Source of the DNA: an uncultured bacterium
GTDB lineage: Bacteria > Cyanobacteriota > Vampirovibrionia > Gastranaerophilales > Gastranaerophilaceae
DNA: 47,368 nt
NCBI GenBank assembly: GCA_900313795.1
Contig: OMSS01000001.1
Span: 1 to 47,368 of the forward strand
Direction: 5' to 3'
Shown: positions 25,340 to 32,447 of the stretch, piece by piece
Numbering within the stretch: position 1 is the first letter of the stretch
Layout of the letters: every line of letters begins with the position of its first letter
Program-made: the position numbers and the translations under genes
Notes under the pieces: generated by a model
Seen by the model: only the letters and a program-made list of their open reading frames with translations
Told to the model about the DNA's origin: nothing
The model's database searches: none

Positions 25340-26581
25340 TTATTTATTGAATTTTACGAAAATATCATAAACAAATTCTGCACCTTTGATTAATGTTTCA
25401 TAGTCCATGCTTTCGTCTGACGAGTGCATATTCTTAATCGTCGCAACACCAATCAAATAAGGCTTAATTACCTTGCCATATTTGTTTTTTTCATTTGCAT
25501 AAATGTGAGTTTCAGCACCTGCGTGGAATGAGGCAACTTTTACCTCTATGCCTGTTTCTTTGCCGACTTCTCTTGCTACATCGGGGATTGTCGTGTCGTT
25601 GTTCTTTTCGAATTTCTTAGTTTTAACTTTTGAAGTCATTTTGAAAATTGCAACACCTTCATATTTTTTGTTAAATTTGTCGACAATTTTTTGGATATCA
25701 GCGAGCAAGTCTGCTTCTGCTTGTGAATCTGAACTTCTCAATGAGTAAATTGCAGCACCTTTTTTGTTGATTACGTTTGTAACTGCATTTTCGATAAGAT
25801 AGTCAAAATGTTCACCATTTTTGAGGTCTTGTTTTGACATTTTTTGGAGCGGAAAATCAACGCCACCGCCTAAAATTACGCCAAGGTTAATTGAAGTTAC
25901 AACGCCTTCTTCATCTTGTTTGTAAACCCCTTGAGGAATTTCTGAAACGATGTCAGCGAGCAATTTTGCAGCGTTAACTCTTGTTTTATCAGCAATATCG
26001 TTGCCTGAGTGACCGCCTTTGAGACCTTCAACTTCGACCAAAACGTTCGTGTAACCGGCACCTGCAATCATAACTTCGCCAAAACTATCAGAGTCAAGTA
26101 CGAGTGCGTATTCTGATTCCAATTCGTTCATCTTAACGTGCTTGATGCCGCTCATTCCGCTTTCTTCGTCACGAGTAAAGACCATTTCTAAGCCGCCGTG
26201 TTTGAGGTTTTTATCTTCGATAATGCGGCATGCCGTACTGATTGCAGCCGTAATACCTGCTTTATCATCAGCACCCAATGTGCGTTTTTTGTCTGTCTCA
26301 ATATATTTATCATCTTTCAAAACAATGTTAATCGGTGAATCATCGCCTACAACGTCCATGTGTGCTGAAAGCAACATAGGTTTTTTGCTTGAATCTGTTG
26401 CGGGAATTCTTGCAATAACGTTTGAATAATCATCTTGATGAACTTCAATGCCATTGCTTTTAAGAGTTGCAATAATTTCTGTCGCAACATCATTTTCGCC
26501 CATTGAGGGTGAGGGAATTTCTGCTAAAGTGCAGAATAAGTCAATTAAAGTGTTTTGTTTTCTTAAATCTTGAATGTTCAT
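25340..26581 (-). CDS. M20-family metallopeptidase (peptidase T-like)
   Basis: Metal-binding motifs 'LLSAHMDVVG' and 'LGADDKAGI', plus 'VFTRDEESGMSG'. The 413-aa length fits PepT/M20B. Confidence 0.8.
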   Translation of the reverse strand: MNIQDLRKQNTLIDLFCTLAEIPSPSMGENDVATEIIATLKSNGIEVHQDDYSNVIARIPATDSSKKPMLLSAHMDVVGDDSPINIVLKDDKYIETDKKRTLGADDKAGITAAISTACRIIEDKNLKHGGLEMVFTRDEESGMSGIKHVKMNELESEYALVLDSDSFGEVMIAGAGYTNVLVEVEGLKGGHSGNDIADKTRVNAAKLLADIVSEIPQGVYKQDEEGVVTSINLGVILGGGVDFPLQKMSKQDLKNGEHFDYLIENAVTNVINKKGAAIYSLRSSDSQAEADLLADIQKIVDKFNKKYEGVAIFKMTSKVKTKKFEKNNDTTIPDVAREVGKETGIEVKVASFHAGAETHIYANEKNKYGKVIKPYLIGVATIKNMHSSDESMDYETLIKGAEFVYDIFVKFNK

Positions 26582-26801
26582 TTACTTTCCTCATTTCTTC
26601 GTTAAAAGAATTATATACCCATTTATTTGTGATAGCAAAACAAAATTTTACAATTTGTCAAATCCTGTAATATTGTGAATTACGACGACATGGCAAAACA
26701 AAATCGACGATTGGGGTTTGCATTATTATCTTGTTTAAGATACGATAATAAAAAGTGTTAGAACTACAATTAATGTTACATGAAAAAGCAAGAGAGGAAT
26801 A

Positions 26802-27398
26802 ATGAATAAAAAATCGCTACTTTTAACAGTAATAATTGTTGCAATGACATTTGTATTTACTGTGATGCCTGCAATGTCAGCACAAAAAGCATCAATGCAC
26901 GACATCAAACAATACATTATCAAATGCTCCACAGAAATGGGTGTAGAACCAGAAATCGCACTCAGTATCGCAAAGCACGAATCGGGCTTTTGCCAAGAAA
27001 AGAGAAGTTACATGGGTGCAGTCGGAGTATTCCAAATTTTGCCGTCAACAGCAAGAAGGGTTGGCTACAATCCTTACCAATACCAATCGAACATCAAAGG
27101 CGGAATTGCTTATTACAAGCAAATGAAGCGTATGTTCAAATCAGATGCCATAGCACTTGCAGCATACAATGCAGGTCCGGGGACAGTTAAGAGATATGGT
27201 GGAATCCCACCTTATGCCGAAACAAGAAGATATGTAAAAACAGTTATGAAATATTATCACGAATACAAATCTAATCCCGACGGAACAGTTGCTCCTATGC
27301 TCGCAGCCGTGAAAGCACCAAAGGAAGATCAGAAAGTTTTGGCTGAAAAAGAACATAGAGAAATGTTGACTCTTTTTATGTTGAATCAAGCCATATAG
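26802..27398 (+). CDS. secreted lytic transglycosylase (SLT domain)
   Basis: Signal peptide 'KKSLLLTVIIVAMTFVFTVMPAMSA'. Catalytic 'IAKHESGF', plus 'GVFQILPSTA' and 'AAYNAGPGTVKRY'. Confidence 0.85.
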   Translation: MNKKSLLLTVIIVAMTFVFTVMPAMSAQKASMHDIKQYIIKCSTEMGVEPEIALSIAKHESGFCQEKRSYMGAVGVFQILPSTARRVGYNPYQYQSNIKGGIAYYKQMKRMFKSDAIALAAYNAGPGTVKRYGGIPPYAETRRYVKTVMKYYHEYKSNPDGTVAPMLAAVKAPKEDQKVLAEKEHREMLTLFMLNQAI

Positions 27399-27415
27399 AA
27401 ATATGCAGAAGATAA

Positions 27416-28093
27416 ATGTTCAACGAAGTTAAGACTCATGAACTTACAATTGACGTTGTCGTCTTTACGATTAAAGACAATAAGTTGCAAGTATTAGTCA
27501 CAAGAAGAAACAAAGAACCATTCAAAGGTAGATGGGCAATTCCAGGGGGCTACATTCGTTTATCGGAAACTTTAGACGATGCTGCTGCAAGGATTTTGAA
27601 GGAAAAAACAGACGTAGATGATATCTATCTGGAACAACTTTATACGTTTGGCGATCCTCTTCGTTACCCGAATGCCCGTGTCGTTACTTGTGCTTATTTT
27701 GCACTCGTTAGAGCAGAAGATGTTGAGCATATTTTCACAAGAGAACAAGGTGAAGATGTTGCTTGGCACAACGTTTATTCGTTGCCTGAAATGGCATTCG
27801 ACCACAAAAAGATTATCGAATATTCGCTTTATAGAACTCGTGAAAGATTGGAATATTTCCCGATTTCATACAAACTTTTGAAAGACAAATTCACCTTGAC
27901 GGAATTGCAAAGAACGTATGAGTTAATATTGAACAAACCGCTCGATAAACGCAATTTCAGAAAGAAAATTCTTTCAGGCACAATGCTTATCGAGACGGAC
28001 GAATATACAAAGTCAGGCTCAAAACGCCCTGCAAAACTTTATATGTTCGACCCTGATTTGATTAAATCAAAAAAAGGCTTGATGTTTGTATAA
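27416..28093 (+). CDS. Nudix-fold protein with C-terminal winged-helix domain (NrtR-like)
   Basis: Nudix box 'GGYIRLSETLDDAAARILKEKTDV', in which the REUxEE core reads 'RILKEK' (degenerate). The C-terminal ~80 aa, 'FTLTELQRTYELILNKPLDKRNFRKKI', matches the NrtR wHTH. Confidence 0.65.
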   Translation: MFNEVKTHELTIDVVVFTIKDNKLQVLVTRRNKEPFKGRWAIPGGYIRLSETLDDAAARILKEKTDVDDIYLEQLYTFGDPLRYPNARVVTCAYFALVRAEDVEHIFTREQGEDVAWHNVYSLPEMAFDHKKIIEYSLYRTRERLEYFPISYKLLKDKFTLTELQRTYELILNKPLDKRNFRKKILSGTMLIETDEYTKSGSKRPAKLYMFDPDLIKSKKGLMFV

Positions 28094-28124
28094 CTTGAAA
28101 TATTTTAAATAACTTGAAAATTCT

Positions 28125-28153
28125 AAAAAGAACGTCATTGTACGTTCTTTTTT
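28125..28153 (+). terminator. intrinsic terminator after the Nudix gene (overlaps the 3' end of the convergent gene)
   Basis: Stem aagaacgt/acgttctt (28128-28135 with 28142-28149), followed by a T-run. Confidence 0.55.
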
Positions 28154-28947
28154 ATCGTTAATTCAACTCCATTAACGCCGAGACCGAAAAGAGCGAAATC
28201 GTACTTTGTCGGGTCGTTTTTGTCTAATATTCTCAAATTTTTCGTAATTTCCATTGCACTTTTCATATCGTTGTTTTTTCTCGTCAACAAGCCGATTTTG
28301 CGGGAAATATTTCCGACATGAACGTCTAATGGAATAATCAATTCCGATTTATCAATAAAATCCCAAATGCCTACATCGACGGGGGATTTTCGGACAAACC
28401 ACCTGAGCATCATATTCATTCTTTTTATAGCACCGCCTTTTTTCGGATTGGGTAAAAGGTGGTAAAATCCTTGCGTAATGTCCATTTTGACGTTCGAATA
28501 AAAATATTCTGTGATGCCCGAGAGCATTTTTATGATATCGTGAGTTTGTTCGTAATGATACTTGAAAAGGCTTTTGAGGCTTTCTTTTTCGCCTTGTAGT
28601 TTTTGCAAAATTTTCAATATCTGAATAAAATCAACACCTTTTGAAAAACGATAATTGAAATTTTTCAAAATCTCATCATTTTCGTCAAAATCTTTGATAA
28701 ATTCGTTCAAATCTTTATCTTTTGTCAAAAAAGTTTTGAGTTGTCTGATGAAAAGTTCTCTTTTTCCATAGGCGAACATTGAGGCGATAAATCCTGCAAT
28801 TTCGATGTTTTCGGGTTTTTGATAAAGATGAACAAATTGAACAGGGTCATCTTTGATAAAATCAGTCGTGTCGTACTTTTCGGCGTAATTGTTTAAAAGG
28901 TTTTTTACCTTATCGTTTTGAAATAATTTTTCAGCAGTGTTGAACAT
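28135..28947 (-). CDS. TIGR02757 (DUF2400) family protein
   Basis: Family-typical blocks 'DPVQFVH', 'EIAGFIASMFAYGKRE', 'IIPLDVHVGNISRKIGLLTRK', 'DPTKYDFALFGLGV'. Its start overlaps tadA by 43 nt, and no alternative downstream start codon is available. Confidence 0.65.
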   Translation of the reverse strand: MFNTAEKLFQNDKVKNLLNNYAEKYDTTDFIKDDPVQFVHLYQKPENIEIAGFIASMFAYGKRELFIRQLKTFLTKDKDLNEFIKDFDENDEILKNFNYRFSKGVDFIQILKILQKLQGEKESLKSLFKYHYEQTHDIIKMLSGITEYFYSNVKMDITQGFYHLLPNPKKGGAIKRMNMMLRWFVRKSPVDVGIWDFIDKSELIIPLDVHVGNISRKIGLLTRKNNDMKSAMEITKNLRILDKNDPTKYDFALFGLGVNGVELTIKKNVQ

Positions 28948-29330
28948 TCTTCTTCCTTTATACCACCGATTACTTCTGTTTTCGAGTTCAAAAATTTTCG
29001 CAAGTCTGTAGCAGATCCTAAGGCACCATATATTGTATCATAAGCACCAAAAAAAACTTTAGAAATTCGTGAGTTCAAAATTGCCCAAGAACACATCGGG
29101 CATGGTTCTAAAGTCACATAAAGTTCGCAATCTGATAAAATTGTTGTGCCTAAAATCTCTTGTGCTTCTTGAATTACGAGCATTTCTGCATGGGCTGTCA
29201 CATCTTTTTGCAACTCTTTTTCATTATGTGCTTTTGATATAATTTCACCGTTTTTGACAAGAACAGCACCGATTGGCAAGTCTTTTTCGGAGTTTTTGGC
29301 AATATTTATCGCTTCTTGCATAAAATCCAT
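28905..29330 (-). CDS. tadA: tRNA adenosine(34) deaminase
   Basis: CDA zinc motifs 'HAEMLVIQEA' and 'TLEPCPMCSWA'. The 141-aa length fits. Confidence 0.9.
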   Translation of the reverse strand: MDFMQEAINIAKNSEKDLPIGAVLVKNGEIISKAHNEKELQKDVTAHAEMLVIQEAQEILGTTILSDCELYVTLEPCPMCSWAILNSRISKVFFGAYDTIYGALGSATDLRKFLNSKTEVIGGIKEEECSTLLKNYFKTIR

Positions 29331-31027
29331 TATTCTTCCTCAGATGGCAAGGTTACATAAGTGAAAAATTCGTTGTTCGGGGTGGATTTAATGAAAATTG
29401 TTCCGCCCATTGCCGAGAGTAAGCCTTTTACGATGAATAGACCTAAACCAGTACCACGAGTGGTTCTGGTCGTTTTGTCGTCAAGTCTTACAAATTTTTC
29501 GAACAATTTTTTTACGGTTTGTTTGTCGATGTAGGGGGCGTAATTTTTCAAAATCACCGTGACTTTGCCGTTGACTTTTATTGCGTCGATGATGAGCGGA
29601 GTGTCCTCAAGTCCGTATTTGTTTGCATTTTCGATTAAGTTAATCAAAACTTGCTCAAATCTATCTTTGTCGGCACAAATGTAGATGTTCTCTGTAACAT
29701 TATTTATTACTTCACGATTTTCAATGTTTTTAACCGAAATCAGTGACAATTCAAGGCTTTCAGCGACGTTTACGGATTCGAACGTCATATTGAGGTGTGC
29801 ACCTTCTATGTCCGGAATTACGAGCAAATCTTCAATCATTCGGCTAAGTCTTTCGGTTTGTTGTTTAATGACCTTTAAAGACTTATTCCAAGTTGCCTTG
29901 TCGATTGTGATGTCTGTTCGCATAAGTCTCGAAGAATAGCCTTTGATGCTCGTCAGAGGGGTTCTGAACTCGTGGCTGACAGTGTCGATGAGATTCGAGC
30001 GGAAATTGTCCAAAATTTCCAATTCTTCCTTTTGTTTTGCAAGTTTTGAATAAGCGTCGTTGATTTCGTCCGCCGCCTTGTTGAATTCGTTCGAGAGATA
30101 AACGAGTTCATAAGGGGTCAAAACATTTTTCAAAAGCCTTATCCTACGGGAATAATTACCCTTTGTAAGTGCGTTAATCCCTTTGAACAACTGTCTGATG
30201 TTGAGGTACAAATAGGAAAGGTACATCGTGATAAAAAGTAAACTTGCAATGGCGGAAACTATCATCGCAGTAAGGATTTGCCATGCCGAAAAATAAATCG
30301 TTCTTTCCATAATTTCGGTTGTGGTGTTGACGATGATTGTCACGTCCATTGATTTCATTTTTGTGCAAATGATAGGCTGATTGTGGTTTTTGCCGATAGA
30401 GGCTGTTGTGCCATTTTCCATATTTGATGGGATTAAGGGATATAAAGATTGGAAATCCTTTTCGTTGTAGTTGATTGAAGAAACGAGTTTGCCCTTTTCT
30501 GACAGGACAAAAATTTCTCTTATTGGTTCGTTAATCCCTCTGAAAATCTGATTATGCAGGTATTCTTTGTTCATTATCCCGATGAGATAATGGTTGTTGT
30601 CCAATTTTTCTGAAACGGTAATCGTACCCGATGACGGGTCGAGGTGTCCAGATTCTGCAATGTAGATGGGAAGGTTATGAGGATTGACTTTTTCGATGTG
30701 TAAGTCTGAGAAAATTTCGGTCGACTTTACATAATCATTCAAATATTTGTCAATCATTTTTCTATTGGGCAAGTACTTGATAGATAGGGCGATTTCCTTA
30801 ATTTTGGCATCGTCGGATTTGAACATATCGTAGATGTTTCGGTCGACGTTTTTTGCAATAATTAGGGCTGTATTTCGCAACTCTCTTGCCAAAGCCTGAC
30901 GGTTGATGTTGTTTACGATAATTCCTGTAACGATAAGAGGAATAATCAATGAAAAAATCGCTACAACGACAACCTGTTCGACGATTTTGAGTCTGTGAAT
31001 TCGAAAAACTCTCAAAAATTTTCTCAC
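29330..31027 (-). CDS. sensor histidine kinase (two TM helices, HAMP, HisKA, HATPase)
   Basis: Intact H-box 'SHEFRTPLTSIKGY', N-box 'LINLIENANKY', and G2 'GTGLGLFIVKGL'. TM helices lie near residues 20-40 and 250-275. Confidence 0.85.
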   Translation of the reverse strand: MRKFLRVFRIHRLKIVEQVVVVAIFSLIIPLIVTGIIVNNINRQALARELRNTALIIAKNVDRNIYDMFKSDDAKIKEIALSIKYLPNRKMIDKYLNDYVKSTEIFSDLHIEKVNPHNLPIYIAESGHLDPSSGTITVSEKLDNNHYLIGIMNKEYLHNQIFRGINEPIREIFVLSEKGKLVSSINYNEKDFQSLYPLIPSNMENGTTASIGKNHNQPIICTKMKSMDVTIIVNTTTEIMERTIYFSAWQILTAMIVSAIASLLFITMYLSYLYLNIRQLFKGINALTKGNYSRRIRLLKNVLTPYELVYLSNEFNKAADEINDAYSKLAKQKEELEILDNFRSNLIDTVSHEFRTPLTSIKGYSSRLMRTDITIDKATWNKSLKVIKQQTERLSRMIEDLLVIPDIEGAHLNMTFESVNVAESLELSLISVKNIENREVINNVTENIYICADKDRFEQVLINLIENANKYGLEDTPLIIDAIKVNGKVTVILKNYAPYIDKQTVKKLFEKFVRLDDKTTRTTRGTGLGLFIVKGLLSAMGGTIFIKSTPNNEFFTYVTLPSEEE

Positions 31028-31737
31028 TGTTCTTCTGCCTCAAACGGTGTCAGTTTGTAACCGACATTTGTCACTGTTTGCAAGTATATTGGGTGTTTTG
31101 GGTCATCTTCGATTTTTTGTCTTAACCCTCCGACATGAACCCTCAACATTCTGACGTCCTCGTCGCTATCGTAGCCCCAAACTTCGTTCAACAAAACGGC
31201 AAGGGTGACCGAGTTGTCAAAATATTGTATCAAACAGTACAAAATTTCGAATTCTGTTGGAGTCAATTTGATTTTTTTATCTTTAATTGCAACTTCTAAA
31301 TAATCTGGAAATAACTCAAACACGCCGACTTTGAGGATTTCTTTGCTGTTTTGAGTTTGCTGTTCGTTTTTGGAATTTCGGCGTAAAAGTACACGAACTC
31401 TGAGCAAAACTTCCTGAATGTCGAAAGGTTTGACGATGTAATCGTCAGCACCAGAGTTGAAACCAGTCGTTTTGTCAGTAATAGTGCCTTTTGCGGTCAA
31501 CAATAAAATCGGAATGTCAGGTTTTTTGTCTCGAACATTTTTGCAGACATCGAAACCATTGATTTTTGGCATCATTACATCGAGCAAAATCAGGTCATAA
31601 TCATTCGATAATGCCTTCTGAAGCCCTTCGCTGCCATCTTTTGCAGTATCGACATCGTATCCGCTTTGTGCAAGGTCAAATTCTAAAAGTTCCCTAATAT
31701 CTGTATCGTCATCAACAACTAAAAGTCTTTTTTTCAT
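31024..31737 (-). CDS. OmpR-family response regulator
   Basis: 'RLLVVDDD...LILLDVMMP...LLLTAK' receiver domain, plus a winged-helix C-terminus 'LRVHVGGLRQKIEDDPKHPIYLQTVTNVGYKL'. I prefer the ATG at 31737. Overlaps the HK gene by 4 nt. Confidence 0.9.
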   Translation of the reverse strand: MKKRLLVVDDDTDIRELLEFDLAQSGYDVDTAKDGSEGLQKALSNDYDLILLDVMMPKINGFDVCKNVRDKKPDIPILLLTAKGTITDKTTGFNSGADDYIVKPFDIQEVLLRVRVLLRRNSKNEQQTQNSKEILKVGVFELFPDYLEVAIKDKKIKLTPTEFEILYCLIQYFDNSVTLAVLLNEVWGYDSDEDVRMLRVHVGGLRQKIEDDPKHPIYLQTVTNVGYKLTPFEAEEQ

Positions 31738-31808
31738 TGTTTTTCCCACTTTTAGCAAGTATTATCGCATAATTTTTTCGTATTCTCAAGGATTTAATAA
31801 CAAATATT

Positions 31809-32447
31809 TCACAAAGGTTGTTTGCGTGCGGCGTTATTGGGTCTTGGGTATTTTTTAGGTGTCGGCTTGATTTTTTTGAAAATCAACAGGCAACGATTTT
31901 CGTCCTCTGTTTTTGAAACGTCGATTTTTTCAACAAATTTAAGCCCTAAAATTTTTATTGCATTTTCGGCCAAAATCAACTCCTCGTCTGCTGTTTTAGA
32001 TTTATATGCAACAAAATATCCACCCTGCTTTATAAATGGTGCAGAATATTCTAAAATTACCGACAAATCCGCAACGGCACGGCTTGTCGCCACGTCAAAA
32101 AATTCTTTTTTGTCAAAATCTTCAATCCTTGTGCAAATCGGGGTCAAATTTTCAAGGTGCAAGTTTTCTTTTGCCACTTTGATGAATTTGATTTTTTTTG
32201 CAATCGAATCGAGTGCAAAAACCTTGATATTACTATGCTCAATCGCAATCGGTATTGCTGGAAAGCCACCACCTGTTCCAATATCAAGAAGATTTTCAGG
32301 CTCTTTATATTTACCGAAAAATGCTTCTATCGCAAGGCTATCTGGGATATGCTTTTCGGCAAGTTTTTGTACATCATTTTTACTCATCAAATTTGTGTGA
32401 AAATTATATTCCTCAAAAAGCCTTATAAATTGTGTGAAATTAGTCAT
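31809..32447 (-). CDS. rsmG: 16S rRNA (guanine527-N7)-methyltransferase
   Basis: 'LLDIGTGGGFPAIPIAI' SAM motif and 'DVATSRAVA'. I prefer the ATG at 32447 ('MTNFTQFIRLF'), which overlaps the upstream stop by 8 nt. Confidence 0.85.
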   Translation of the reverse strand: MTNFTQFIRLFEEYNFHTNLMSKNDVQKLAEKHIPDSLAIEAFFGKYKEPENLLDIGTGGGFPAIPIAIEHSNIKVFALDSIAKKIKFIKVAKENLHLENLTPICTRIEDFDKKEFFDVATSRAVADLSVILEYSAPFIKQGGYFVAYKSKTADEELILAENAIKILGLKFVEKIDVSKTEDENRCLLIFKKIKPTPKKYPRPNNAARKQPL

